Shown piece by piece: positions 51,309-61,147 of a DNA stretch of 64,000 nucleotides. Below the pieces are notes generated by a model. That model made no database searches. It was not told the DNA's origin and saw only the letters and a program-made list of their open reading frames with translations. Within the stretch, counting starts at the first letter, position 1. Every line of letters starts with the position of its first letter. The DNA comes from Candidatus Ozemobacteraceae bacterium (GTDB lineage: Bacteria > Muiribacteriota > Ozemobacteria > Ozemobacterales > Ozemobacteraceae), in NCBI GenBank assembly GCA_965140445.1, contig OZ223236.1:3360001-3424000 (forward strand). Direction: 5' to 3'. The translations under genes were made by a program, and so were the position numbers.

Positions 51309-52553
51309 TCAGGGTTTGATTTCTATTAAGCCATTGTGCTGACAAAATCGGTTCAAAATTTCATGGTGGTCTCCAGGGACAATCAGGTGATGATTTCCCA
51401 ATGGTTTCTGAAGCATGTATTTATCAGGGTTTTCGCATTCAAATCTTAACTGGGTCCTACAAAGATTTGGAGAGAAATCTCCAATCTTTATTTTCCCGGG
51501 GAGAGCTACATATTTGCTCATGTTTTTTCCACCAATCTTGAAAAGAGTGCCTTCGCTTTCTTTAAAAACACCTTTAATAGCAACGCCTTTGTTTGATTCA
51601 AAGTGAGTTTCAAGCTCGAAATTGTCAAGAATTGTGGTTGGCACTGTGCAATGGGCAAAGGTGATTGAATTGGAATTAACACTTGAAGGATTTGCCATAA
51701 AGGAGGCTTTTAGAGTTAATTTATTAGCTACAACCATCGAAAATAGTGCTGGAACATCCCCTTCACAAGCAGTAGGGAAACCAAGGTCATTCAATAACGA
51801 TACTGCAAGACAACCAGTGTTAGAGAATGTATTTAGAAGATCAAAGCACCTGACTGTGCTGCCAGACAAACCATAGGTCTCATTTACAACTTTTAATGAA
51901 GAATAGATTCTGGCAGCTTCCCGAAATACGTTCTGATTATCAGAAAACTCTGAATACTTTGCTTCAAAAGCTTTTTTGAAATCATCATCTACAACTGCGC
52001 CCTTAACACTTTCAAAAACTTCTAAGAATTCTTCCATAGAGATTTCCCAGAATTCCAACCCAAATCTATGAGTTATTTCGTCTATTTCGGGCATACTTGC
52101 TATTAACCAGTCAGAAGGTTTTCCGACAATTCCAAGCTTTTGTTTTGAGATAGATTTTTGCACATCCACAATTCGGATAAGGGCTTCAAGATCGGTAATA
52201 ACCTTGTTCGGGTCCCCATGAATTATGCCTTCACAATTTTTTATTTCTTTCTGATTTAGCCAGCTTAAGATTTCAATAGACGCTGGCAGTGAGTTGTCCG
52301 TCTCAGTGGCAATCAAGACAAATTTTTTATTAGCTTTTCGCAGATTCCGAAAGACTTCTTGAAACCTGCTTTCTGAACCACCGGTCATGATAAAGCAAAT
52401 TACAAATTCAATCTCTGGTCGTAAAATGTCTTCGACACCGATTTCCTGTGCACCAGTTTTGGCTAATACAGGCTTTGAATACAAATTATTTAATTTTTCA
52501 ATCTTATCAATATCGTGAAGATCTGAAAATATTTTAATTAGTCCGCTTTTCAT
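51309..52553 (-). CDS. L-fucose/L-arabinose isomerase-like protein
   Basis: TGGSE, NSLPASIE, TVRCFDL, ACEGD, AHCT, CRTQ, LGNHH. Confidence 0.7.
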   Translation of the reverse strand: MKSGLIKIFSDLHDIDKIEKLNNLYSKPVLAKTGAQEIGVEDILRPEIEFVICFIMTGGSESRFQEVFRNLRKANKKFVLIATETDNSLPASIEILSWLNQKEIKNCEGIIHGDPNKVITDLEALIRIVDVQKSISKQKLGIVGKPSDWLIASMPEIDEITHRFGLEFWEISMEEFLEVFESVKGAVVDDDFKKAFEAKYSEFSDNQNVFREAARIYSSLKVVNETYGLSGSTVRCFDLLNTFSNTGCLAVSLLNDLGFPTACEGDVPALFSMVVANKLTLKASFMANPSSVNSNSITFAHCTVPTTILDNFELETHFESNKGVAIKGVFKESEGTLFKIGGKNMSKYVALPGKIKIGDFSPNLCRTQLRFECENPDKYMLQKPLGNHHLIVPGDHHEILNRFCQHNGLIEIKP

Positions 52554-52640
52554 CCTTTTATCCTTTTCAGTAGATATCTAAAACATATATACTTTAAAAT
52601 ACATAATCAACATGATAATAAAAAAACAGGAATAGAAAAC

Positions 52641-54974
52641 TTGCAGCAGCAAAATACAGGAAAATTCAATACAATTTTATATTCACCAACATTCGTATTT
52701 CTGGCCAGAATTTTACGATTTGTTTACATCATTATTGCAACGGCAATTCTGTACATAATCCCCACTTCCCTCGTCACAGCTTTTTTTGAGAAATTTGTAT
52801 ACTTTTTTTATCCTGCGACCGTCTTAGGTTTACATAACATTCCAACAACAAAAGGTGCCCTTCTTGCAGCCAATCATATGTCCTTGATTGATGGCCTTTT
52901 GCTAAGGTTTATACTGAAAAAGGACATATACTTTCTGGTTTCAGAAGCAACTTTTACAAACTGGTTTTTGCGCCCCTGGCTAAGGCATTTTAAAACCATC
53001 CCACTTTTCACTTCTCGTGGTATTTCTCAGACTCTAAAATCGCTTCGTAAGGCTGGAAAGCTGGTCCAAAATGGTGAACTGGTTTGCGTTTTTCCCGAAG
53101 GCCATATATCCAGAACCGGAGCTTTGTTGCCCTTCAGAAAAGGGTTAAAAACTATTCTAAAAAATTCTGATGCCCAGATTATACCAATTTTTATGGATCA
53201 GGTATGGGGCAGCATTTTCAGCTATTATGGCGGCAGATTTGTTACTAAAATTCCGCCAAAACTTATCAGACCGCTTACCATAGTCATTGGCGAACCTTTA
53301 AATTCTGCAATCTCACCGGCAAAACTCCGCCTGGCCATTCAAGGCCTTGAGCCAATTGCATGGGAGCAAAGAAAAAAAAGCTCAGAGTTTCTTCATCATT
53401 ACTTTATAAAAAAAATGCGCAGCTTCCCTCATAGGCGAAGCTTTAGTGATAAAGCCGAGGATTCAATTTCCAGAATCGGTTTTTTAATCCGAACTCTCGC
53501 TGTTACAAAGACAATGAGACGTTTCTGGAGAGATCAAAAAACTGTGGGCATAATGCTCCCAACCTGCAGCGCGGCCGCCTACCTAAATATTGCTTCTTCT
53601 ATTATGGGAAGAACCAGCGTAAATTTGAATTTTACCGCGGGTCGTTCAGCCCTCGCCTCGGCTATCAGACAGGCTAATCTAAAAACTGTTATAACTGCAA
53701 GAGCACTTGAGGCAAAACTTGGAAAAGTTCTTCCTTCAACGGTCAAGGTTTTCTACATGGAAGACATTGCTAAGGACATAAGCTTTTCTGAAAAGATTTC
53801 TGCAGTGTATCTTGCCCTTTTTGGTTCCATTAAAGATATTGAGAAAAGTTGTGGAAGCTACCCTTTAAATTCGGTTGATGACCCTCTCACAATAATCTTT
53901 TCAAGTGGTTCTACCGGTGAGCCAAAAGGAGCTGTTCTATCTCACTTTAATATTTTATCAAACATACAGCAGGTGGATCAGTATCTTAAGCTTGATGCCA
54001 ATGATTTTATTCTTGAAATTCTTCCTGTTTTCCATTCATTTGGATTTCTTGCCATGTGGAAGGTCCTGACCATGGGAATTCCTACTGCTTTTATTTCTAA
54101 CCCGCTCGATGCTGTAAACGTTGGAGATACATGCGAAAAACTGGGAGTTACTTTTTTCTTTGCGACCCCAACCTTTTTGCAGCTTTACCTTCGCAAATGC
54201 AAGCCCGAGCAATTTGGAACTGTTAAAACCGTTATTACCGGAGCTGAAAAGCTTCCTTTGAGAACCGTTGAAGCCTTTTATCAAAAGTTCGGAATCTGGC
54301 CTGTAGAAGGTTATGGAACTACAGAATGCTCACCGGTTCTAAGTATAAATATTGAAAACTATCGAGCCAAAGGCATCTTCCAGCTAGGAAGCGAGCAAGG
54401 CTCCGTTGGCATTCTTCTTCCTGGAATGGCCGCAAAAATTGTTGATCCTGAAACTGATAAGGAATTAGGTTTTCGAAAACCTGGTCTATTGATGGTTAAA
54501 GGTCCCAATGTTATGGGCGGATACCTTAATAACCCATACTTAAATAAAAAAGTTCTGGTAGATGGTTGGTATAACACCGGCGATATTGCCACACTTTCTG
54601 AACTTGGTTTTTTAACAATTACTGACAGGTTATCCAGATTTTCCAAGATTGCCGGCGAAATGATACCCCATGGCGTAATCGAAGATGCACTTCACAAGGT
54701 TTCGGGTATAGACGACAGAATTTTTGCCGTAACGGGCGTCCCTGACGAAAGAAAAGGCGAAGTAATTGTTGTTTTGCACACCTGGCCAGAATCCAAGGTA
54801 ACTTCTCTCCCGGCAAAACTGGCTGAAACAGGTTTGCCTAACCTTTTCATCCCCAAAAAAGATTTCTTTTTACGCGTTGAAGAACTGCCACTTCTTGGCA
54901 GCGGAAAGATCAATCTAAAAAGATTAAAAGAGATTGCTCAGGAGTATTTCTGCGGTGGAAAGAAATTCCGCTAG
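52641..54974 (+). CDS. aas: Aas-like lysophospholipid acyltransferase / acyl-ACP synthetase, without MFS domain
   Basis: NHMSLID and FPEG acyltransferase motifs; FSSGSTGEPKG, GYGTTE, DRLSRFSKIAGE. Confidence 0.85.
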   Translation: MQQQNTGKFNTILYSPTFVFLARILRFVYIIIATAILYIIPTSLVTAFFEKFVYFFYPATVLGLHNIPTTKGALLAANHMSLIDGLLLRFILKKDIYFLVSEATFTNWFLRPWLRHFKTIPLFTSRGISQTLKSLRKAGKLVQNGELVCVFPEGHISRTGALLPFRKGLKTILKNSDAQIIPIFMDQVWGSIFSYYGGRFVTKIPPKLIRPLTIVIGEPLNSAISPAKLRLAIQGLEPIAWEQRKKSSEFLHHYFIKKMRSFPHRRSFSDKAEDSISRIGFLIRTLAVTKTMRRFWRDQKTVGIMLPTCSAAAYLNIASSIMGRTSVNLNFTAGRSALASAIRQANLKTVITARALEAKLGKVLPSTVKVFYMEDIAKDISFSEKISAVYLALFGSIKDIEKSCGSYPLNSVDDPLTIIFSSGSTGEPKGAVLSHFNILSNIQQVDQYLKLDANDFILEILPVFHSFGFLAMWKVLTMGIPTAFISNPLDAVNVGDTCEKLGVTFFFATPTFLQLYLRKCKPEQFGTVKTVITGAEKLPLRTVEAFYQKFGIWPVEGYGTTECSPVLSINIENYRAKGIFQLGSEQGSVGILLPGMAAKIVDPETDKELGFRKPGLLMVKGPNVMGGYLNNPYLNKKVLVDGWYNTGDIATLSELGFLTITDRLSRFSKIAGEMIPHGVIEDALHKVSGIDDRIFAVTGVPDERKGEVIVVLHTWPESKVTSLPAKLAETGLPNLFIPKKDFFLRVEELPLLGSGKINLKRLKEIAQEYFCGGKKFR

Positions 54975-54988
54975 AAATTATTTAGCTT

Positions 54989-55405
54989 TTATCTCTGAGA
55001 ATCAGTATTTTTCCTATCAAAATATTGCATGTACCTCTCATAAGCTTCTTTTGTGGTGAGAAAAGAAATGTGGTCCAAAATATGCAGCCGATAGGCCTTC
55101 AGAGTTTTTAATCCTAACCTGCGTGCTTTTTCCATCCGGTGATTACCGTCGATTAAGGTAAATTGCCCAGGGGTAACTTCTGCAATAATAACAGGTTTTA
55201 AGACGTCGACCATAGATAATCGACTCTCGTCAATCTGTGAAAAAGGTGCCCCGTAAAGGTCCCCAACCGAAATGTCCTCAACAGAAAAACGATCCTGGTT
55301 CCTTTCTATAAAATCTAACATCCTGGTTATATTAAAAACGAATTTCCCGAGCCGATACAACTCATCGTCTGGGGCAACAGGACATGGCGCAAACTTCTTA
55401 TTCAT
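54989..55405 (-). CDS. Stand-alone ParB/Srx N-terminal domain protein
   Basis: PVII...LIDGNHR..KA motif. Confidence 0.7.
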   Translation of the reverse strand: MNKKFAPCPVAPDDELYRLGKFVFNITRMLDFIERNQDRFSVEDISVGDLYGAPFSQIDESRLSMVDVLKPVIIAEVTPGQFTLIDGNHRMEKARRLGLKTLKAYRLHILDHISFLTTKEAYERYMQYFDRKNTDSQR

Positions 55406-55452
55406 TTTTTTTTGCCTGCTTATTCAAATTTTGGGGCATCTTTAGTAAATTC

Positions 55453-55854
55453 TTACAAATTTAAACCGGCAAGGCTCTCATCGCTTAACCAGTTGATAGC
55501 TTTTTCCATTTCACGAAAAACATAGATTTTAGTATCAAGTCCATGCTCTGTTACACCCTCCCAGGCTCTGACTATTCCAAAATCAATGTCTCTTTTCATC
55601 ACAAGCGCAACTTTAGCATGTCCTAATTTTTCAGCGATTGACCTAAAATACTTAGAAACCTCTTCAATTCCTGAAACCTTCATTGAATCCAGCTTTAGTT
55701 CTCTATGATCTAATAAGATTTTAAGGCCTGGCCTCCATTGTGAATGAGAAATAATATCGTTCAAAAAAATGATAATTCCTTCAACATCTCCATTGCCTTC
55801 GGTTGTTACGGTGAAAACTAAGCCATCCTCGCTCACTTTTAAACTATGTTTCAT
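55453..55854 (-). CDS. Hypothetical protein (STAS/SpoIIAA-like)
   Basis: ILLDHR...KVALV...VFRE.EKAINWL. Confidence 0.55.
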   Translation of the reverse strand: MKHSLKVSEDGLVFTVTTEGNGDVEGIIIFLNDIISHSQWRPGLKILLDHRELKLDSMKVSGIEEVSKYFRSIAEKLGHAKVALVMKRDIDFGIVRAWEGVTEHGLDTKIYVFREMEKAINWLSDESLAGLNL

Positions 55855-55962
55855 ATTTTCCTCAACTAATATAGTTCAACAACTGACTCACTTAAATTTT
55901 AAGAATCAATAACAGGTTTAAAATGTGGTCTTGCTCGATTTTATGATTGTTTTTTTCAAACC

Positions 55963-56622
55963 TTAAGAATCTTCATTTTTCTCTATTTTGGATTTTTGAA
56001 GTTTTTCAAATGAGTGAATAGAGTTGGATTCAGGAACAAACACCTTTAAAACGCGATTCTCGTAAAGATAAAGAAAAGCAACTTCTGATTTTAAAGAAAA
56101 AATCCTAATTTGGTTTGCTGAAATCTTGTTCCGCCAAAAGAAGATCAAGAAACAGATGATAAGGATTCCCCACACATGACCAATGGTCTTAAAAAATACA
56201 AAGAATCCAATGTTAAGCAATAAAACCAAAAAGGAAAAACCCTGAGCAATCACTCTTGCTCCAGTTTGATTTCGCAGAAATGGATAGAAGTTACCATTTG
56301 AAGTGAACTGGGCAATTATTCCAAGGGGAATCCCTAACAAATAGAGACTATTTGAATTTGCAATAGCCTTATAAATAAAGAAAACAGGATAAAGCCAGTT
56401 AACTGCAGTGACAAGCCTGAATGAACCATAGAACAATTCACCGGGAAATGGTTCGGGCAACTTGCTGGCTTGCTTTAAGTCAACATCGAGATCATACTCA
56501 CCATTGTTTATCCTGGCTTTTAGTTCGCTGAAACTGCTCTCAGGAAACTGAGGAATCTCCTGAACATTTTTAAAATGTAAATTTGGTGGTAAAGCTTCTT
56601 CAAGTTTATTGATGTTCACCAA
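55963..56622 (-). CDS. Hypothetical membrane protein
   Basis: About four TM segments. Confidence 0.6.
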   Translation of the reverse strand: MVNINKLEEALPPNLHFKNVQEIPQFPESSFSELKARINNGEYDLDVDLKQASKLPEPFPGELFYGSFRLVTAVNWLYPVFFIYKAIANSNSLYLLGIPLGIIAQFTSNGNFYPFLRNQTGARVIAQGFSFLVLLLNIGFFVFFKTIGHVWGILIICFLIFFWRNKISANQIRIFSLKSEVAFLYLYENRVLKVFVPESNSIHSFEKLQKSKIEKNEDS

Positions 56623-56740
56623 ACCGCCCCTTTAAATTGAATTCCTGGTTAAGACAAAAATATATGATTATTATACCTTTGGAAGCATTTTGACGTTTTT
56701 GACAGAGCCCCCAATCGCGTTACGGGAAAAGCGAAAGTTC

Positions 56741-57025
56741 TCAATGAAAATGTGGCTCATGAAACAATATGTGCGCATGGGTTCCATAATGAGGAAACCA
56801 GACTTTACAAAAAGCTAGAATCAAGAGAAATATAAAAACGAGTAACTTAAACTTAGCGTTTTCTTCACCCTTTTTAAAAGATCTCACAATTAGGATCAAT
56901 TGAATCAAAAAACAAATTGGTGCCCCGAAAAAAGCAAGCAAATGCACAAAAGGAACCTTGATAAGTCCTAAAACAAAGGAAGCAACAACAAAATATACAG
57001 AAACTCTAAAAATTTTGTCTTCCAA
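56741..57025 (-). CDS. Small membrane protein with His-rich tail
   Basis: Three TMs; C-terminal HYGTHAH..HEPHFH. Confidence 0.55.
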   Translation of the reverse strand: MEDKIFRVSVYFVVASFVLGLIKVPFVHLLAFFGAPICFLIQLILIVRSFKKGEENAKFKLLVFIFLLILAFCKVWFPHYGTHAHILFHEPHFH

Positions 57026-57165
57026 TTTTTAACTCCAGTTTCTTTTGTTTCATTTTACTCAATATACAAAAATTTAAGTTTTCCTACCAAGGAACTATAT
57101 TTTTTGCGTATATCGCAAACACCGTTACGGCTTTGATTTCAAGTCTAAGCATTAGTAAGACTCGT

Positions 57166-57759
57166 TTATTTTTTATTGCCCTGATTTAAGCTTTCCTCCA
57201 TTTTCAGCGCTTCGCTTAAAGTTGGACAATTCATTAATTTTCTCATTGTGTCTGAAACTTCTTCATCTATTGGATCTAGCTTAAATGGATCAGAAGCAAT
57301 TCTTGAAAATTGAGTTCCAAACCTTTGTTTTCTATTAATGGATTTTAAAAATCTATCTTCGGTGGCAGCAGCTAGCCAGATTGCATTTTTGTTTCCCTTT
57401 GAAATTGCAATAACTGCCAGCTCATGGGCGAATAAATAGTCTTCCGGGGTTGAGCCATGTTGAAAAACCATTGCAGCACAGTAAAAATCATTTCCGGTTT
57501 TTAACCCATCATTGGAACATATTTGATAAACTCTTTTTCTTCTCGCTTCATCCTCTTCTATCATTTTCTTTAACTCAAATTCGTTCATTTTCAGAAAACC
57601 ATTTCGGGCACCTTGATCCTTTTGAAAAAGCAATTTAATCTCCTGGTTATCTTGATCATTATGCTTTTCGAGATTTTCACCTCCCAAAACTGCGCCTGTG
57701 ATGAAACAAAAACTAATGAATGTAAGAATAAAAAACACTTTTTCACGGCGAAAATTCAT
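57166..57759 (-). CDS. Exported hypothetical protein (DUF6624-like)
   Basis: Signal peptide; DQGAR, VFQHG, EDR...QRFGTQ; AAGGAGG RBS. Confidence 0.65.
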   Translation of the reverse strand: MNFRREKVFFILTFISFCFITGAVLGGENLEKHNDQDNQEIKLLFQKDQGARNGFLKMNEFELKKMIEEDEARRKRVYQICSNDGLKTGNDFYCAAMVFQHGSTPEDYLFAHELAVIAISKGNKNAIWLAAATEDRFLKSINRKQRFGTQFSRIASDPFKLDPIDEEVSDTMRKLMNCPTLSEALKMEESLNQGNKK

Positions 57760-57874
57760 TGATGTCCTCCTTTAGAGTGTAACGATTGTTGTTAGCACGT
57801 TTCACCATAGGTGTAAAAAGTTCAATATCACTTTCTTGAAACCTTTCAAAAGTTAAATCCTCAAAAGTTTTCAT
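57743..57874 (-). pseudogene. Truncated gene fragment, possibly a GNAT N-terminus
   Basis: AGGAG RBS plus MKTFEDLTFERFQESDIELFTPMVKRA, then a junction containing TGCTAAC-N7-GTTACAC. Confidence 0.4.
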
Positions 57875-58138
57875 ATAAAACTCCTATTTTCACTCTCTAC
57901 GCGTCTTGTTAAGTTTGTTTTCATTTATTTTTCTTTATTGTCTTTTGACGCACTTTTTAGAAGTCTAAAATGTAAATCTATTCAAATAAAGATAGTATTT
58001 TTTATTCTCTTCAATTATGTAGATTTCTAAAGGTAAAAAATCAAGCTAATCTTTAACCTTTTTCGATCCGAGTAACCAGACATAATCTCTTGTCTTATAG
58101 GTTCAAGAATATGAGCGTCGTGTTACGAATTAGTTCTA

Positions 58139-58537
58139 CTAATTTCTTTTTATTAAATCAAAATTTTCTCTCTCTATAACCCTGTAAGAAATCTCATTAA
58201 TCCCATCGATATATTGTTTACACAGTCTATGTATACCATCCAGGATTACTAGTCTCTTTCCGAAATTCATAGTCTCAATCGGATAGGAAATATCAGCTTT
58301 ATCAATTTTTTCTTTATGGTCTGGAAAAGACTCTAGATTCGCTAATACATAACGAGGTTTCAGATCAAATATTGATTCAGGTGGAGAACTTGGCCAAATT
58401 GGAAGGTCTAAATGCCAAAGAAATTCTTCAATAGGTTTCCTTCTGACAGGTAGATTGAGGGACCATATCTTTCTAACGTCCCAAAAAAGTTGAAAATACT
58501 CTGACATGTCATCTGGAAAAGCTGATCTAAAATTCAT
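58139..58537 (-). CDS. ParB/Srx-like domain hypothetical protein
   Basis: ADISYPI...ILDGIHRL.K. Confidence 0.6.
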   Translation of the reverse strand: MNFRSAFPDDMSEYFQLFWDVRKIWSLNLPVRRKPIEEFLWHLDLPIWPSSPPESIFDLKPRYVLANLESFPDHKEKIDKADISYPIETMNFGKRLVILDGIHRLCKQYIDGINEISYRVIERENFDLIKRN

Positions 58538-58689
58538 ATATTAACCTTTAAGCTAAGTGGCGGGTCGCACGTGCCTTTTGGCAATAGCATTATCAGAACT
58601 GACGTTTTGCGTCGAGCACTTTTTATTCAGCTCATTTGTTAATCCTTGATACTTAATCAGCCCTATAAAATCTTGTAGAATGGCTTCAT

Positions 58690-59682
58690 TTAACCCAGGC
58701 AAACAATTGTTCTGCCTTTTAGGCTTCCGCTAAGCATTAATTCTATCTTCTCGTTAATTTCGCTGAGGGAAATCTCTTGGCAGTTATCGCTTAATGATGC
58801 TGGTTTCCATTCTGTTGCAAGTTTATTCCAAACCAATTCTCTAATTGGCATTTTGCAATTCTGAGAGTCTATTCCCAACAGGGATACTCCACGTAAAATA
58901 AATGGAAAGACGGTTAAGCTAAGGTTTGCTCCGGCAACATTGCCACAACATGTGACAACTCCATTTGGCTTCGTTGATTTGATTAAGTTTTCAAGAATGA
59001 CGCCGCCTACGGTATCAATGGCTCCGGCGAAATCGGCCTTTAATAGTGGTCTACTTTCACCATTCTCGATTTCGCATCGTTGAATAATCTCCTGTGCCCC
59101 AAGATTTTTAAGGAAAGCATGTTCCGATGTTTTCCCTGAAATGCCGATTACTGGGAAACCCAAACTACTCAAAATCGCTACACTCAAGGATCCTACCCCC
59201 CCGGTCGCTCCTGATACAGCGATCTTTCCATCGTTTGGATTAAGCGATTCTGTTATCCTGAGAACCGAAAGGCCTGCAGTCAATCCAGCTGTCCCCAAGG
59301 TTGCTGCTTCTTTCATTGTTAGACCTTTCGGCAATTTTAATGCCCATGAAGAAGGAACCCGTATATACTCGGCAAAGCCACCGTCTGTGTTCATTCCAAG
59401 GTCATAGCTTGTAACAATTACTTTGTCCTGGGGTTTGAACAAGTCAGAGGATGATTCCACAACAATTCCGACCGCATCAATCCCTGGCGTATGGGGGTAA
59501 GACCTGGTAACTCCTTTGTTGCCTGTCGCGGAAAGGGCGTCCTTATAGTTAAGGGAAGAATAATGCACCTTTATCAGAAGATCTCCATCGGGAAGATCCT
59601 TGATTTGCCGTTCCATGATGCTTCCACAAAATTTGCCTTCTCTTTGCTGGACTACGTATGCTTGGAAAGAACTAGAATTCAT
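58690..59682 (-). CDS. YhdH/AcuI-type MDR oxidoreductase (cassette-borne)
   Basis: YSSLNYKD, TPGID, GTAGLTA, GATGGVGS, PFILRGV. Confidence 0.9.
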   Translation of the reverse strand: MNSSSFQAYVVQQREGKFCGSIMERQIKDLPDGDLLIKVHYSSLNYKDALSATGNKGVTRSYPHTPGIDAVGIVVESSSDLFKPQDKVIVTSYDLGMNTDGGFAEYIRVPSSWALKLPKGLTMKEAATLGTAGLTAGLSVLRITESLNPNDGKIAVSGATGGVGSLSVAILSSLGFPVIGISGKTSEHAFLKNLGAQEIIQRCEIENGESRPLLKADFAGAIDTVGGVILENLIKSTKPNGVVTCCGNVAGANLSLTVFPFILRGVSLLGIDSQNCKMPIRELVWNKLATEWKPASLSDNCQEISLSEINEKIELMLSGSLKGRTIVCLG

Positions 59683-59735
59683 CGCTTTATTCTCCCTCTG
59701 TCATTTCTGGTTAAACTTTTCTATCCTATGGAGCT

Positions 59736-59784
59736 ACCTAACGCCTGTCGTGACCGACGTTCCGTTTCGACGCACTTGTTAGAC
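59736..59784 (-). mobile_element. attC site, 49 bp, internally shortened
   Basis: Minus strand R'' GTCTAAC (contains the toxin stop codon) ... R' GTTAGGT; inner arms shared with attC 60470-60593. Confidence 0.75.
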
Positions 59785-60123
59785 GATGAATCTTTCATTT
59801 TTCAAAAATCGTTCTAGTAAAACATCATCAACATTTTTTCTGGAATCAAAAACAGCTAAGATAAAAATATTTTCTAATGATACTCTGTACATTATTCTCC
59901 ACGGAGTAACAACTAATTCTCGAAATAAAAGAAAACCCTGACCTTCAAATTCTGGAACTATTCTGCCTCGGAATGGAAAATTGTCTAGCTGAGAAACCTC
60001 TGTTTTAATTTTTTTTAAAATCTGACCGGCAGTTTTGGGATTTTCGGAAGCAATATAGGTAATCAATATTTCAAGATCAAGGGCTGCTTGTTCAGACCAA
60101 CTAATTTTATACCTTTTTTTCAT
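59779..60123 (-). CDS. RelE/ParE family toxin
   Basis: ISWSEQAALDL..I..YIA...FPFRGRIVPE...RELV..PWRIMYR; overlaps the antitoxin end. Confidence 0.88.
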   Translation of the reverse strand: MKKRYKISWSEQAALDLEILITYIASENPKTAGQILKKIKTEVSQLDNFPFRGRIVPEFEGQGFLLFRELVVTPWRIMYRVSLENIFILAVFDSRKNVDDVLLERFLKNERFIV

Positions 60124-60394
60124 GATTCTTAAGCTTCTTTTCGATACTGCCAAAAACAGATTCATTATCAATGATTTTTCCTTGGCGAACTTCCTCTTCA
60201 CTCATTGAAACGAGCTTCAAAAGGGAAAGTGCTTTACGCATCGATTCATAACTTTCAGGATCTTGTAAAACAGCCTTCGCCTCGCCATTTTGAGTAATGA
60301 TAATCGGGCGATGTGTTTCGTTTATGTATTTTAGCAATTCTGCTGCATTAGCTTTGAGATAGGTTATTGGTTTTATATCCGATAAATTTGACAT
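60107..60394 (-). CDS. Phd/YefM family antitoxin
   Basis: IKPITYLKANAAELL...PIIITQNGEAKAVL. Confidence 0.9.
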   Translation of the reverse strand: MSNLSDIKPITYLKANAAELLKYINETHRPIIITQNGEAKAVLQDPESYESMRKALSLLKLVSMSEEEVRQGKIIDNESVFGSIEKKLKNHEKKV

Positions 60395-60401
60395 TTTTCA
60401 C

Positions 60402-60437
60402 CTCCGGTCTTTTAATGATACCATAAAAAGACCGGAG
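60402..60437. promoter_or_regulatory. Probable TA operator (12-bp perfect inverted repeat)
   Basis: CTCCGGTCTTTT-N12-AAAAGACCGGAG overlapping the antitoxin RBS. Confidence 0.6.
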
Positions 60438-60469
60438 AGATGGAGCTATTTTGTCTTCTATTTTTCCTC

Positions 60470-60593
60470 GTCTAACACTAGTCGTGACCGGACGCCAACG
60501 ACAAACGAGGGAATCGGAGCTCGCGCAAAAATTGCAATTTTCAGCAACTTTTTTGATCAGGGCCGACCTTCTGCGTCGACGCACTTGTCATGC
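60470..60593 (-). mobile_element. attC site, 124 bp, with mutated R''
   Basis: Minus strand GCATGAC (AAC>GAC) ... GTTAGAC; starts 10 nt after the antitoxin stop. Confidence 0.7.
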
Positions 60594-60603
60594 ATTTAAA
60601 ATT

Positions 60604-60816
60604 TTAAGCAACCCAATCAATTTTTATTTTTTTCTTTTTTTCTACGCAATCTCTAAGATAGAAATTTATTAATTGCTGATATGGCACGCCGATCTCTTCA
60701 GCCAGGTCTTTAAAGTATTTTATAATATCTGAGCTAAGCCTTATTGTAACTGGCTTTTTTAGTTCTTTTGTATATGGATTTTTTTTAGATTTAGAAAAAT
60801 CGTATTCTTTTCTCAT
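60604..60816 (-). CDS. BrnA-type (RHH) antitoxin
   Basis: MRKEYDFS...KKPVTIRL...YFK......VPYQQLIN.YL. Confidence 0.85.
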   Translation of the reverse strand: MRKEYDFSKSKKNPYTKELKKPVTIRLSSDIIKYFKDLAEEIGVPYQQLINFYLRDCVEKKKKIKIDWVA

Positions 60817-61097
60817 AAAAACTCCTGATATTGCTTCCCTTCTGTTTTTGTGGCTTTTCTAGCCGAAATAACTCTTATATTTTTTTCATTGTCTCGGTAG
60901 TAATGAAATACAACAAGAAGTCGCACATTTAAGGATATCCCAAGAATTATGAAGCGGTCTTCATTTTCTGAATGATCTGGGTCTGGAATAATTCTCGCAT
61001 TTTCATCAAAGAAAACGCTTTGCGCCTAATCAAAAGAGACGCCATATTTCTTTAAATTGGTTTTTGCTTTTTTTTTATCCCACTCAAATACAAACGT
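60813..61097 (-). pseudogene. BrnT family toxin pseudogene
   Basis: FEWDKKKAKTNLKKYGVSFD*AQSVFFD...DHSENEDRF...IRVISARKAT; in-frame TAG at 61026-61028; ACG at the expected start; TGA overlaps the antitoxin ATG. Confidence 0.85.
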
Positions 61098-61147
61098 ATT
61101 TACATTGTATTTACTTTGCAAACTTTAGTCGAATTTTTATTTTTCTA

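Noticed and set aside
61026..61028. TAG recoding or read-through in brnT
   Set aside because: TAG ends complete genes in this window (gpmA at 51255, aas at 54974), and brnT carries other lesions
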